Origin: an uncultured Desulfospira sp.
GTDB taxonomy: Bacteria; Desulfobacterota; Desulfobacteria; Desulfobacterales; Desulfobacteraceae
Assembly (NCBI GenBank): GCA_963663165.1
Contig: OY760175.1
Coordinates: forward strand, 6,240,001-6,304,000
DNA length: 64,000 nucleotides
Reading direction: 5' to 3'
Shown in pieces: positions 51,118 to 61,908 of the stretch. The position numbers and the translations under genes were made by a program. Positions within the stretch are counted from its first letter, which is position 1. Every line of letters begins with the position of its first letter. Below the pieces are notes generated by a model. It was given only the letters and a program-made list of their open reading frames with translations, did not search any database and was not told the DNA's origin.

Positions 51118-54100
51118 TGATTAATTCTCCTTGACTGGTTGGGGCCTGTTTTTTCTTTTCACTGCGCCGTTCGATGAGGACAAAGAACAGGGGGACGTAA
51201 ATAATGGCCAGGGATGTGGCCGCCACCATCCCGCCGATGACCCCGATGCCGATGGCGTTCTGGGAGGCGGAGCCTGCCCCGTCGGATATGGCCAGGGGCG
51301 TTACCCCCAGGATAAATGCAAAGGAAGTCATCAAAATGGGGCGAAGCCTCAGCTCTGCCGCCATGACCGCCGACTGCACCAGTTCAGTCCCGCTTTCGTA
51401 AAGGCTTTTGGCAAATTCGACAATCAGGATGGCATTTTTGGATGCCAGGCCCACCGTGGTGAGCAGGGCGATCTGAAAATAGACGTCATTGCTTAATCCC
51501 GCCCATTTGGTGGCCGCAACCGAGCCGATAATGCCCAAGGGCACAATCAGCATGACCGAAAACGGGATGGACCAGGATTCGTAAAGGGCGGCCAGGCACA
51601 GGAACACAAATAAAAGGGAGATGGCATACAGCATGCCGCTCTGGGAGCCGGCCATGCGCTCTTCATAGGAGAGCCCGGTCCACTCCAGGGAGATTCCCCG
51701 GGGCAGCTTCTGGGCCAGATCCTCGATAATGGCCATGGCCTCGCCCGAGGAGACCCCCGGGGCCGGCGCGCCCAGGATCTCCACCGAGGAAGAGCCGTTA
51801 TACCGTTCCAGCCGGGGAGAGCCATAGGACCACTGCCCATAGGAGAATGAGGAAAACGGCACCATATCGCCTTGGGTGTTGCGCACATGCCACCGGTTAA
51901 TGTCTTCGGGCAGCATGCGCGATCCGGCATCGCCCTGGATATAGACCTTTTTTAGGCGGTTCCCGTCCATGAAGTCATTGACATAGGAGGAGCCCCAGGC
52001 GGTTTGCAGGACACTGGAAATGTTGGCCGTGGTGACGCCCAACGCCTCGGCTTTTTCATAGTCGATGGTCAGTTTGTACTGGGGCACATCGGACAGCCCG
52101 TTGGGCCGGACCCCCACCAGTTTGGGGTTCTGGGTGGCCATGCCCAGCATCTGGTTTCTGGCGTTCATCAGGGCGGTATGGCCCAAACCCGCCTGGTCCA
52201 CCAGCTCAAAGTCAAACCCGGTGGCGTCTCCCAAGGCCAGAATGGCCGGCGGGATAAAGGCATAGACCGAGGCATCCTTGATGCCGTACATGCGGGCCAT
52301 GGCGCGGCCGGCAACGGCGGCGGCCTTTTGATCGGGCCGATGGCGTTCGTCCCAGTCCGTGAGGTTGAGAAAGCCCATGGCCACATTCTGGCCCCGGCCC
52401 GAATGGCTGTATCCCACAACCGTGAACAGGCTTTGGACATTCTCTTTTTCCTGTTCCAGAAAATAGTCTTCCACCTGGTTGACGGATTTCTGGGTCCGTT
52501 CCATGGTGGCGCCCGGGGGGGCTGAAATCATGGTCATCATCATGCCCTGGTCTTCGTCGGGCAGGAACCCTGTGGGTATTCCCTTGAAAATATAGACCAG
52601 GCCCGCAATGATCAGGGCATAGATCAACAGAAACCGCAAGGCCCGGGTGGCCGCATACCGGACACTGGACTTATAGGCGGTTTTGGTTAAATTAAAGCCT
52701 TTGTTGAACCAGGCGAAAAAACCGCGCTTGTTTTCATGGTGTCCCTTTTGAACCGGTTTGAGCAGGGTGGCGCACAGGGCCGGGGTCAGGATCAGGGCCA
52801 CGAGAACGGACAGGGCCATGGCCGATACCAGGGTCAAGGAGAACTGCCGGTAAATGGCCCCGGTGGACCCGGAGAAAAAGGCCATGGGGATGAATACCGC
52901 CGACAGCACCATGGCAATGCCCACCAGGGCGCCGGTAATCTGGTCCATGGATTCCCGGGTGGCTTCCTTGGGCGGCTTGCCGGTTTCAGACATTACCCGT
53001 TCCACATTTTCCACCACAACAATGGCGTCATCCACCAAAAGACCGATGGCCAGGACCATGGCAAACATGGACAGGGTGTTGATACTGAATCCAAATGCCG
53101 ACAGCACCCCGAAGGTCCCGAGAAGGACCACAGGTACCGCAATGGTGGGGATCAGTGTGGCCCGAAAGCTTTGCAGGAACAGGTACATGACCAAAAAGAC
53201 CAGGACAATGGCCTCGATCAGGGTTTTGAGCACCTCTTCAATGGAGAGCCGGACAAAGGGGGTGGTATCGTAGGGGAAGATCACTTTGAGCCCCTCGGGC
53301 AGAAATTCGCTGAGCTCCCCGACTTTATCTTTGACCCGTTTGGCGGTATCCAGGGCGTTGGCGCCGGTGGCCAGGCTGATGGCCATGGCCGCGGCAGGCT
53401 TGCGGTTATACCGGGTGTTGAACCCATAGGTCTCCGGTCCCTTTTCCACTTGGGCCACATCCTTGACCCGGATCTGGGAACCGTCCGGGTTGACCTTGAC
53501 CAGGATTTTTTCAAAGTCTTCAACGGTCTGGAGTTTGGACTGGGCCGTCACAACGGCATTGAGCTGCTGGCCTTCAATGGCCGGGGCGCCGCCGAGCTGG
53601 CCTGATGAGACATCGGCGTTCCGGGCCTTGACGGCGGTCATGACATCCGAGGGCATGAGGTTAAAGGCGTTGAGTTTTTCCGGGTTGACCCAGATTCTCA
53701 TGGCGTACTGGGAACCGAACACCGTCAGGTCCCCCACCCCCTGGACCCGGGAGACCGGGTCGGCCATGTTGGATTTAAGATAATCGGAGATATCATCATC
53801 GCTCATGGTACCGTTATCGGAGTAGAGCCCTACCAGCAGCAGGAAACTGTCAGAGGCTTTCTGGACGGTCAGGCCCTGCTGTTGCACTTCCTGGGGCAGA
53901 AGGCTTTCAATTTTTGATATCTTGTTCTGCACCTGGACCTGGGCAATATCCGGGTCTGCTTCGGGCTCAAAGGTCAGGGTGATGGACAGCGAACCGCTGG
54001 AGTCGCTGGCCGAGCTGAAATACCGCAAATAATCAATACCGGTCAAAGACTGTTCAATGACCTGTGCCACACTGTCTTCCACCACCTGGGCCGAGGCCCC

Positions 54101-54250
54101 GGGATACATGGTGGAGATGGTAATGCTGGGCGGGGCGATTTCCGGATATTGTTCCACCGGGAGAGTGAGAACGGCAAAGAGCCCGGACAGCATGATGACA
54201 ATGGCGATAACCCATGCAAATATGGGACGATCTATAAAAAAACGTGACAT
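51107..54250 (-). CDS. acrB: HAE1 RND efflux permease (AcrB/MexB family)
   Basis: [54 protein letters not shown]. Confidence 0.95.
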   Translation of the reverse strand: MSRFFIDRPIFAWVIAIVIMLSGLFAVLTLPVEQYPEIAPPSITISTMYPGASAQVVEDSVAQVIEQSLTGIDYLRYFSSASDSSGSLSITLTFEPEADPDIAQVQVQNKISKIESLLPQEVQQQGLTVQKASDSFLLLVGLYSDNGTMSDDDISDYLKSNMADPVSRVQGVGDLTVFGSQYAMRIWVNPEKLNAFNLMPSDVMTAVKARNADVSSGQLGGAPAIEGQQLNAVVTAQSKLQTVEDFEKILVKVNPDGSQIRVKDVAQVEKGPETYGFNTRYNRKPAAAMAISLATGANALDTAKRVKDKVGELSEFLPEGLKVIFPYDTTPFVRLSIEEVLKTLIEAIVLVFLVMYLFLQSFRATLIPTIAVPVVLLGTFGVLSAFGFSINTLSMFAMVLAIGLLVDDAIVVVENVERVMSETGKPPKEATRESMDQITGALVGIAMVLSAVFIPMAFFSGSTGAIYRQFSLTLVSAMALSVLVALILTPALCATLLKPVQKGHHENKRGFFAWFNKGFNLTKTAYKSSVRYAATRALRFLLIYALIIAGLVYIFKGIPTGFLPDEDQGMMMTMISAPPGATMERTQKSVNQVEDYFLEQEKENVQSLFTVVGYSHSGRGQNVAMGFLNLTDWDERHRPDQKAAAVAGRAMARMYGIKDASVYAFIPPAILALGDATGFDFELVDQAGLGHTALMNARNQMLGMATQNPKLVGVRPNGLSDVPQYKLTIDYEKAEALGVTTANISSVLQTAWGSSYVNDFMDGNRLKKVYIQGDAGSRMLPEDINRWHVRNTQGDMVPFSSFSYGQWSYGSPRLERYNGSSSVEILGAPAPGVSSGEAMAIIEDLAQKLPRGISLEWTGLSYEERMAGSQSGMLYAISLLFVFLCLAALYESWSIPFSVMLIVPLGIIGSVAATKWAGLSNDVYFQIALLTTVGLASKNAILIVEFAKSLYESGTELVQSAVMAAELRLRPILMTSFAFILGVTPLAISDGAGSASQNAIGIGVIGGMVAATSLAIIYVPLFFVLIERRSEKKKQAPTSQGELINVQ

Positions 54251-54265
54251 GGTTCTATCCTGGTA

Positions 54266-55480
54266 TCATGAGTTGGCGGAAGGGGCGAATTCCACGGGGG
54301 TGACCTTGGCCTGGGGGCTGATTTTCAGATGGCCTTCCACCACCACCCGGTCGCCGGGGGCAAGGCCCGAAGAGATTACCCACTGGTCCTTGACGGCCTG
54401 GGCAACGGTTACCGGTTTGGTGTTGACCGTATTGGCATCGTCCACCACCCATACCGATGTGGAGCCGTCGGCCTTTCGGGTGATGCATTGCTGGGGGATC
54501 ACAATGGCCTGATCCTGGCGGGACTGTTCCACCCGGGCCCTGACAAACAGGCCGGGTAAAAGGTCGTTGTCCGGATTGGGAAACAGGATGCGCAGCTGGA
54601 CCATGCCGGTGCTCTGGTCCACGGTGGCATCGGAGAACAGCAGTTTGCCCGGAAGGTCATAGGGGGTCCCCTCTTTGCCCACAAACAGGCTGACCATGGA
54701 CTGTTCTTCAGGGTTGTTCAGCCCTTTTTTCAGGGCCATCAGCTCTTCGCTGGACTGGTTGACATCCACATAAATCTGATCCAGGTTCTGGACTACCGCT
54801 AAGGCCGTTATCTGGTTGGCCGTCACCAGGGCCCCTTCGGTGACCGAGGATTTACCGATCCTGCCGGAAATAGGGGAGAACACCTTGGTATAGTCCAGAT
54901 TGATTTTCGCGGCTGCCAGATTCGCCTTTGCCACGGCCACATCGGCCCTGGCCTGGGCCAGGGCGGCCACGGTATCGTCGTAGACCTGGCGGCTGACCCC
55001 GCCGATTTTTACCAGGTTTTCGTACCGTTTTAATTTGGGTTCCACGGCCGTTACATCGGCTTTGGCCCTTTCAAGACCGGCCGCAGCCGAATCATAGGCC
55101 GCCTTGTAAGTGGCCGGATCAATCTGGTAAAGCTGCTGTCCTTTTTTAACCAGGCTTCCCTGGGTAAACAGCCGCTCAAGGATAATGCCCGAGACCTGGG
55201 GCCTGATCTCCGCCACCTGGTATGCTGCGGTCCTTCCGGCAAGGTCTTTGGTGAAAATCGCCTCCTGGGGAACAACCGTGTAGACGGACACCTCTACCGG
55301 GGGACGGGCAGGGGCGGCTGCCTGCGCGGGGGCTTGGTTCCCGGGCTCGGCCTTTTGATCGCCGGCTGTGGCTGATTTTTGAACCAGCTGAATGTCAGGC
55401 AGTTCACCTGCATAATGCAAATAAGCACCGCCCACAAGCAGGGCTGCGGCAAATCCAAGCAAAAAACGCTTCATCTTCAT
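54266..55480 (-). CDS. acrA: RND efflux periplasmic adaptor (AcrA/MexA family)
   Basis: AEIRPQVSGII, LYQIDPATY, SPISGRIGKS.VTEGALV, FPNPD..LLPGLFV. Confidence 0.93.
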   Translation of the reverse strand: MKMKRFLLGFAAALLVGGAYLHYAGELPDIQLVQKSATAGDQKAEPGNQAPAQAAAPARPPVEVSVYTVVPQEAIFTKDLAGRTAAYQVAEIRPQVSGIILERLFTQGSLVKKGQQLYQIDPATYKAAYDSAAAGLERAKADVTAVEPKLKRYENLVKIGGVSRQVYDDTVAALAQARADVAVAKANLAAAKINLDYTKVFSPISGRIGKSSVTEGALVTANQITALAVVQNLDQIYVDVNQSSEELMALKKGLNNPEEQSMVSLFVGKEGTPYDLPGKLLFSDATVDQSTGMVQLRILFPNPDNDLLPGLFVRARVEQSRQDQAIVIPQQCITRKADGSTSVWVVDDANTVNTKPVTVAQAVKDQWVISSGLAPGDRVVVEGHLKISPQAKVTPVEFAPSANS

Positions 55481-56079
55481 TTCTCCTGTTTCTTGAGTAT
55501 GCTCCTGTCTAAAAGACAGATGATATCTTTTTTAAAGGCTTCGATGTCCGTAATGGGTTCCTCCCGGTACCCTAAGGACTCCATGGGGCCGATCACGGCG
55601 CCAAAGATCATGGCCGCCATGACATAGGGGTCCATATTGACGAAATCGCCTGAAACCATGCCTTTTTTGCAGACCTTTACCAAAGGCAGGATGGTCAGCG
55701 ACATCTTTTCATCGGTGGCTTCGGCTGCAGACCGCTGGCTTTGGATAAATTTAAAATAAAGGGGGTACTCCTTATGGAAGTTAAACACATTCTCCACAAA
55801 GGTGTAAAGTTTTTCCATGGGACGGATGGATTGTCCGAACAACTGGTCGGCCCCGTTTTTGATGGGAAAGATCACCGCTTCATGGACAAAGGAGAGCAGG
55901 GCTTTTTTATTCTTAAAATAGTTGTACAATGTGCCTTTTGATACCCCGCACTGTGCGGCGACGTCATCCATGGTCAAGGGCTGGTCCTCATGGATCATGG
56001 ACAAAACGGTTTTCACCACTTCCTCTTTGATCAGCCGGTCCATCAGTTCTTTTCTTTTTGTGGGCGTTTTCATGGCCAC
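55477..56079 (-). CDS. TetR/AcrR-family regulator
   Basis: LTMDDVAAQCGVSKGTLYNYFKNK helix-turn-helix; first gene of the efflux operon. Confidence 0.92.
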   Translation of the reverse strand: MAMKTPTKRKELMDRLIKEEVVKTVLSMIHEDQPLTMDDVAAQCGVSKGTLYNYFKNKKALLSFVHEAVIFPIKNGADQLFGQSIRPMEKLYTFVENVFNFHKEYPLYFKFIQSQRSAAEATDEKMSLTILPLVKVCKKGMVSGDFVNMDPYVMAAMIFGAVIGPMESLGYREEPITDIEAFKKDIICLLDRSILKKQEK

Positions 56080-56145
56080 TCCCTTTTTGTTTAACCCGTC
56101 GTAAATGTCTTGGCCGTTTTAACTGGAAACCCCAATAAAAAAAAA

Positions 56146-56195
56146 TTTTTTGACCATTGAAACTAAAAAATTGACTCAACGGTCAAAAAATTGAC
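56146..56195. promoter_or_regulatory. Nested TTGAC/GTCAA inverted repeats; probable TetR operator
   Basis: TTTTTTGACCATTGA (56146-56160) / TCAACGGTCAAAAAA (56176-56190), 14/15; also TTGAC-N6-GTCAA at 56171-56186. Confidence 0.6.
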
Positions 56196-56323
56196 TTTCA
56201 AGTATAATAATTGCTGCAGGGCCTTTTGTCAAGGTGTTTTTAAGGGGCTGCTTGGGCAACCGTTATTTATAATTCGGTATGGTACTGGGGGGCGTAAAAT
56301 TTATAATATTCCGGCCTGGATAG

Positions 56324-56380
56324 TCGAAATCGAAATCGTTATCGAAATCGAGGGAATCTTGAAACCAACTTTGATTTTGG
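56324..56380. repeat. Hexamer (TCGAAA) periodic element related to 49423-49478
   Basis: TCGAAA TCGAAA TCGTTA TCGAAA TCGAGGGAATCTTGA...TTTGATTTTGG. Confidence 0.6.
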
Positions 56381-56427
56381 GTTGGAGCGGGCCATGCCCG
56401 CGATTCGCGGACATGGCCCGCTCCAAC
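56381..56427. repeat. REP doublet (REPIN-like)
   Basis: GTTGGAGCGGGCCATGCCCGCGA-T-TCGCGGACATGGCCCGCTCCAAC, 22/23 inverted match. Confidence 0.7.
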
Positions 56428-56486
56428 ACGGCGATGTTTCATACCCCTGTTTAAACCGGCACCCGGCGAATTCAATTATATTCGAT

Positions 56487-56580
56487 TAACGGCCATGGGC
56501 GGTTCTTGGTTATCCAACCAAGAACCGCCCACAACAAATATTGAAAGAACTCAAAAGGTTGCTGAGTCTTTCATATAAAA
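56487..56580 (-). repeat. Family A repeat, copy with a perfect 16-bp stem
   Basis: TAACGGCCATGGGCGGTTCTTGGTTATCCAACCAAGAACCGCCCACAACAAATATTGAAAG...CTTTCATATAAAA. Confidence 0.85.
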
Positions 56581-56765
56581 GATTATTATAAATTCAGGTA
56601 TTCCAGAGATCCCCCGTTAAAAATCATCGGACAATCTTCAAATTGTCATTGGGTTTGGAAAAAACCAGTTTCACCCAGCGGTTGATACACCGGGGTTCTT
56701 CCCCCTAGTATGGAGGATAATGGCCTTTTTATCCAGCAGCCCGCTTTGTATGGCCTGGCCGGTTA

Positions 56766-56970
56766 GGAAAATGTTTTCATAACATTAGGAAAAAGTTTTC
56801 CAAAAATTATAACATTAATTACCCAATGAACCATGGGAAATGCCACGCCAAATGATATTCAGTCAATGATTTGGGATTATTTTTATCGGAAAATGTTTTA
56901 ATACCAGTATGATCAAAAAATATCTATGAGAAACACAATCGCCCATAAAGTATCAGGAATAAATTTTGCT
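56766..56970 (+). promoter_or_regulatory. Candidate sigma54 promoter with tandem upstream activator sites
   Basis: GGAAAA-TG-TTTTCA (56766) and GGAAAA-AG-TTTTCC (56788), 22 bp apart; AGGAATAAATTTTGCT with GG(56956)-N10-GC(56968). Confidence 0.5.
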
Positions 56971-57170
56971 TGCTCTATTATACCGGAACAGGCGTGCCTG
57001 TTCCAACCGGTTTGCAATGTATCCGCACGGACGACCGGACTGTCATTCATGGTTTGGCCCATCTGAACCCGGAAAGTTGTGTAAAAATTGAAACGTTGAA
57101 TAAGTCATTTATGATCATGGAGGACATGCCGGGTGCGGCCATGCCCTCAAAGCTCAAGGAGGGACATGGA

Positions 57171-60100
57171 ATGAAACCCCATCTGTTATTATTTAATTTT
57201 TTGCGCACCCTGCCGGCGGTGGTCGCCGCAGGGCTGTTGATGATTTCTACCGCACAGGCAGGTATAACAACCAGCGGAGGCATATCTCCGAGCAATCTCG
57301 CTGATTGGAACGCTTCAACTGATGCTTATATCGGTTGGTATGGCAGCGGGTCACTGTCCATTACCGGGGACGATTCGTTAGCTGCCTGTAACCTTAATGT
57401 GGGATACGACTCAGAAGGAACCGTGACCGTTGACGGCGCTGGCTCAATTTTGAGTGTCAGTGAATATCTTGAAGTGATTAAAGGAACGTTATCCATCACA
57501 GGCGGGGCTTCATTGGAAAGTCAATATGCCAGTATCAGAAAAGCCACCAGCAGCTATGCCGCAACGGTAACCGTCAGCGGCACCGGTTCCTCCTGGACCA
57601 ACACCAGTTATCTTACAATAGACGGCGGAATACTCAATATATGGGACAACGCAACAGTTGAAGTTTCAGGTTCTACAACGGTCTATGAAGATGGCAGTAT
57701 CAATTTCGGGGACTCTGAGGGCGGCACATTAACCACCGGCACCCTGTACGCCGGCGCATCCCAATTGTCAGGCAGCGGAACCATCAATGCCGCCGGCATC
57801 CTTACCGACGCTGCCCTTGTTTTTGACAGGGACCATGGCACGACACAAACCTTCACGATAGGTGATGTGACCATCAACTTGAGTCTGGTTGATTCCGGTG
57901 ATTCTGTTGAGTTAGGTGATTTAGTAAATTCCATTGCCCTTGGGGTCGGTTACCTTGGAGATGGCAGCCTGACCATTTCGGAGGGCGTGGCCGTGACTTC
58001 GGATTATGGCTACCTGGGATATGGTGAAGGCGCCAACGGTGTGGCTGTAATTACGGGTGAAGGTTCGAGCTGGACCGTTGGGTATGAACTGACGGTGGGG
58101 TCAAACGGCACCGGATCCCTGACCGTTCAAAATGGCGGGTCACTAACGAGTGGATATGCTTATGTCGATTGGTCAGCCGATGACCAAGTCAGCAGTGTCA
58201 CCGTCACGGGTGATAATTCTTCCTGGGTCAGCGATTACATCTATCTGGGCAATGAAGGCGGCACGGGAACCCTTGACATTCGTGACAGTGGCTCGGTGAC
58301 AACTGACTATATGTATGTCGGCAATGGCTCTACCGGAATACTGACAGTCGATGATGCAACATTGGAGAGCTTTTATCTTGCCGCGGGCTTCAACGACGGC
58401 ACCGGCACGCTGACCATTCAAAATGGCGGGTATGTGTCAAGCATGTATGTTTCCATAGGCGATGAATATGAAGAATATGAGAATACCAGCGGAGCCGTGA
58501 CGGTTAAAGATGCCGGATCTAAATTGAAGGCCACCAATCTTGATGTCGGCAATTACGGAACCCTTAATATTCTCAGTGGTGCAGAGGTCTCGGTCTCCGA
58601 GGAAACCATGGTGTCTGAGAAAGGAAACATCAATTTTGGGGACAGCGGCGGTACGTTGACCACCGGTACCCTGTACGCCGGAACATCCCAGTTGTCGGGC
58701 ACCGGCACAATCAATACTTCAGGAATTGTTTCCGATATTGACCTCACCTTTGACAGTACTCATGGCACGACACAGTCCTTCAAGTCTGATGACGTAACCA
58801 TCAACCTTACCCAGGACGCTTCCGGCGATCTCGGGGCTGGCTATTTGGGGAATGCCACCCTTACTATAGACGGCTTGGACATTGTTTCGGACAACGGCTA
58901 TCTTGGCTATTTTAGCGGTTCAAGCGGTACGGCTGATGTTGACGGGGAGGATTCCTCCTGGACTACCAATTACCTTTATGTGGGTTATGAGGGTGAAGGG
59001 GTCCTGAATATTTTAAATGGCGCAATGGTAACGGTTTCCAAGGAAACCGTCCTGGGCGATCAGGGAAGTATCAATTTCGGGGAAAACGGGGGAACGTTGA
59101 CCACCGGCACCCTGTACGCCGCGACATCCCAGTTGTCAGGCACCGGCACAATCAATACGTCAGGGATCATTTCCGATATAGACCTTGTTTTTGACAGCAG
59201 CTATGACGGTATCACCCAGTCTTTTACCTCAGATGGCATCACCATCAACTTGAGCCTGGATGATTCCAGCATCCTTGGTGTCGGATACAAGGGAGAGGGC
59301 TCGCTTACCGTTACGGGCGGCGTGTCTGTTGCTTCGGATGACGTTTATCTGGGGTACTCTTCCGGGTCAAAGGGGATGGCCTCTGTTAACGGGGCCGGTT
59401 CCATCCTGGTCAACAGCGACTATTTTTTTGTAGGCTACGCAGGTGAAGGAAGCCTTTCCATCACAAATGGCGGGTCGGTCGTATCCGGATTATCCCAATA
59501 TGATATTTCTGCGATCGGGTACCAATACGGTTCCAAGGGTGCGGCTACCGTTAACGGCGCTGGTTCTACCTGGGTTAACAGCGGCTACCTGAATTTGTAC
59601 AGCGGCACCCTTTCCATCAGCGACGGCGGTCAGGTGAGTGCCAACAGAGTCTATATCTATAGCGGATCGACCGCAACCGTGGATGTGAACAGCTCTCTTA
59701 AAGCGGGGACAGCGGATAATGACTGGAGCGGCACCCTTTATAACAGAGGAACCATCCGCCTGGTGGCGGGGGCAGGCGCAGCGGCTTCCGATACCTATAC
59801 CCCTTTGTCCTATGGGACGTTAAGTAACTACGGCAGTTTTGAGGTTCTGGGCGGTGTATGGGATGCTGGTACAAAGACCGTCAAGGTCTCTGATGCGGTT
59901 GCGGCAGGCAATGGTGAAGAAGCCTCCGTGACGCTGTCCGAATCCCAGCGGGTTCTGGTTACCGACACCAGTACCGGGAAATCTGCCGGTGCCGCTTTCC
60001 TGGCCGCTGACACAACCATCAGCCTGACCGCCACCCTTCTGGGCGAAGCTGATCTTGACTCCCTTGAGACCCTTGTTGCTGAAACTGACGAAGCCGCAAC

Positions 60101-60428
60101 GGTTCTGTCAGCCTGGCAATTTTCATTGGGAGAAGGGGATGATTATGACGATGCGGTTTATCTGTCCCTGTTTGCTGAAGGGGCAACCGACGTCCTTGAT
60201 CTGATCATCTGGTATCTTTCCGATGAGGATGGATGGGTTGAATACGACGCTGCAGACCTGGCTTTTGACAACACCTATGCCAGCTTCGCCGTCACTGAAC
60301 TTGGCACTTACGCGGTAAGCGCCGTCACATCCGCCGTGCCCGTTCCGGGAGCTGTCTTTCTCTTAGGCTCAGGCATTCTGGCGCTGGCGGGCCTGAAAAG
60401 ACGGAAAAACAGACATGAAAATTGCTGA
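57171..60428 (+). CDS. Large acidic repeat surface protein with PEP-CTERM/VPLPA-CTERM sorting signal and T5SS/PEP-CTERM-associated beta repeats
   Basis: ATG after AAGGAGG; signal peptide ending AQA; repeated V.G.GSSW...L.VG..G.G.L.I..GG units; C-terminal AVPVPGAVFLLGSGILALAGLKRRK. Confidence 0.85.
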   Translation: MKPHLLLFNFLRTLPAVVAAGLLMISTAQAGITTSGGISPSNLADWNASTDAYIGWYGSGSLSITGDDSLAACNLNVGYDSEGTVTVDGAGSILSVSEYLEVIKGTLSITGGASLESQYASIRKATSSYAATVTVSGTGSSWTNTSYLTIDGGILNIWDNATVEVSGSTTVYEDGSINFGDSEGGTLTTGTLYAGASQLSGSGTINAAGILTDAALVFDRDHGTTQTFTIGDVTINLSLVDSGDSVELGDLVNSIALGVGYLGDGSLTISEGVAVTSDYGYLGYGEGANGVAVITGEGSSWTVGYELTVGSNGTGSLTVQNGGSLTSGYAYVDWSADDQVSSVTVTGDNSSWVSDYIYLGNEGGTGTLDIRDSGSVTTDYMYVGNGSTGILTVDDATLESFYLAAGFNDGTGTLTIQNGGYVSSMYVSIGDEYEEYENTSGAVTVKDAGSKLKATNLDVGNYGTLNILSGAEVSVSEETMVSEKGNINFGDSGGTLTTGTLYAGTSQLSGTGTINTSGIVSDIDLTFDSTHGTTQSFKSDDVTINLTQDASGDLGAGYLGNATLTIDGLDIVSDNGYLGYFSGSSGTADVDGEDSSWTTNYLYVGYEGEGVLNILNGAMVTVSKETVLGDQGSINFGENGGTLTTGTLYAATSQLSGTGTINTSGIISDIDLVFDSSYDGITQSFTSDGITINLSLDDSSILGVGYKGEGSLTVTGGVSVASDDVYLGYSSGSKGMASVNGAGSILVNSDYFFVGYAGEGSLSITNGGSVVSGLSQYDISAIGYQYGSKGAATVNGAGSTWVNSGYLNLYSGTLSISDGGQVSANRVYIYSGSTATVDVNSSLKAGTADNDWSGTLYNRGTIRLVAGAGAAASDTYTPLSYGTLSNYGSFEVLGGVWDAGTKTVKVSDAVAAGNGEEASVTLSESQRVLVTDTSTGKSAGAAFLAADTTISLTATLLGEADLDSLETLVAETDEAATVLSAWQFSLGEGDDYDDAVYLSLFAEGATDVLDLIIWYLSDEDGWVEYDAADLAFDNTYASFAVTELGTYAVSAVTSAVPVPGAVFLLGSGILALAGLKRRKNRHENC

Positions 60429-60552
60429 GCATATAACAAACAGCGGCTTAAGTTCGTGTACCCTTAAGCCGCCGGTGTTGTTCAGCCTGGTAAAACAATG
60501 AATGGCTGTTGAGCCATATAAACGAAAGAAACGAATAAGATTTAAGGAGATT

Positions 60553-61188
60553 ATGAAAATGAAAACAATTAAGGTTTTTCTACTGGCGTCTATTCTGCTG
60601 TTAGGGGCGTGCATGACATCGGCATATGCCATAATGGCTGCTGATTATATCAGTGTCACTGAAGACTGGAGTGGCCTGTATGATGTCAATTTTACAATAA
60701 CAAGCAGTTACGATGATATAACCGCTTTTGCAGTGGGGACGAACTATTCTTATAATTTCGGTGCCAAAATTGAAATTGTAGACGGGTGCGAAATTCCATC
60801 TGACTGGCAAGCCCTGGCGGTTGTTAAAGATCAAAATAACGGGTGGCAGAGTGTTGAATACGTTTACAATTTTGAAACATTGGGAATTGAGGTTGTCACA
60901 ACCCAGCTGACCGGCACCATTCTGGATCTTATGAATGCTTTAGACAGCGAATATACCAGCGCATTTTTATATTACGGCACCACGGCACTTAAGGCTGATG
61001 TTACTTTTTCCGGGTTTGTTGGTAAAGTTTACGGTGAAGATTCTGCCTATGTTGCCCTGCGGTCACTTTCAGACGGGACCACCAGTATCCTGACCGGGGA
61101 AACCACTACCACTGTCCCTGTGCCAGGCGCGGCCGTTCTGCTTCTCAGCGGCATGATCGCACTTGCCGGCACCTGCCGTACGCGTTAA
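60553..61188 (+). CDS. Small PEP-CTERM/VPLPA-CTERM protein
   Basis: ATG after AAGGAG; signal peptide ending AYA; C-terminal TVPVPGAAVLLLSGMIALAGTCRTR. Confidence 0.8.
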   Translation: MKMKTIKVFLLASILLLGACMTSAYAIMAADYISVTEDWSGLYDVNFTITSSYDDITAFAVGTNYSYNFGAKIEIVDGCEIPSDWQALAVVKDQNNGWQSVEYVYNFETLGIEVVTTQLTGTILDLMNALDSEYTSAFLYYGTTALKADVTFSGFVGKVYGEDSAYVALRSLSDGTTSILTGETTTTVPVPGAAVLLLSGMIALAGTCRTR

Positions 61189-61219
61189 TTTCTTCGGCGT
61201 CATTTTATAATTATTAAAA

Positions 61220-61256
61220 AAAGGGGGCGTATGCTTTTGCAGCATACGCCCCCTTT
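61220..61256. terminator. Intrinsic terminator
   Basis: AAAGGGGGCGTATGCT-TTTGC-AGCATACGCCCCCTTT, perfect 16-bp stem. Confidence 0.8.
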
Positions 61257-61404
61257 GCTGTTTTGTATGATGGTCTGACCTTACTGTCAGTCGGGTATCT
61301 AACCAAAATCTAATCCCCTTGACAAGAAGCGGCGGGCAGGGCTATAGCACCAGGACATGAATTAAGGAAGACCTGATAACGCAACCCATAAAAAGGATGC
61401 AAGC

Positions 61405-61863
61405 ATGGAAGAGTTTAAACAGATTTTATACCCGGTGTCACTCACGGAAATTTCGCCCAAGGTGGCCCCCTATGTGGTGACCCTTGCCCGGCAGCTGGAT
61501 GCAACGGTTCATTTGCTGCATGTGCTGCGGCCGTTGGATATGCTGGTGGACACCTATGTCCTGGACCCGCCAAAGCCTGACTTCAAACAGATTGCCAGCG
61601 ATTTTGACAGCCACATATCTGCCCAGGCCCGGGCCAGGCTGTCGGCCTTTGAGAAAAAATATTTAAGCGGGACACCCGTGGCCCGGTCCACGGTGGTCTC
61701 CGGCACCCATTATAAAGAAATTTTAAGTTATGCCGAGGCCAATGGCGTGGACCTTATTGTCATGGGAACCGGCACCCGCATACAGAACATGGTCTTTGGC
61801 TCGGTGGCCGACAAAGTGTCCAAGCTCTCACCGGTCCCGGTGATGCTGATCAAATGTTCGTAA
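61405..61863 (+). CDS. Universal stress protein
   Basis: FKQILYPV, VHLLHV, DLIVMGT, FGSVADKV...SPVPVMLI. Confidence 0.88.
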   Translation: MEEFKQILYPVSLTEISPKVAPYVVTLARQLDATVHLLHVLRPLDMLVDTYVLDPPKPDFKQIASDFDSHISAQARARLSAFEKKYLSGTPVARSTVVSGTHYKEILSYAEANGVDLIVMGTGTRIQNMVFGSVADKVSKLSPVPVMLIKCS

Positions 61864-61908
61864 GTTTAAAATGACCCAACGGTAAATTGTATTCTTTGGA
61901 GAGATGAT

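Noticed and set aside
56970..57170. Longer TTG start for the large surface protein
   Set aside because: It covers the promoter-like region; the ATG at 57171 has a strong RBS and is followed by a signal peptide.
57697..59170. Internal DNA repeats as a diversity-generating retroelement template/variable pair
   Set aside because: Differences are not adenine-specific, the repeats are in-frame protein modules, and no reverse transcriptase is present.
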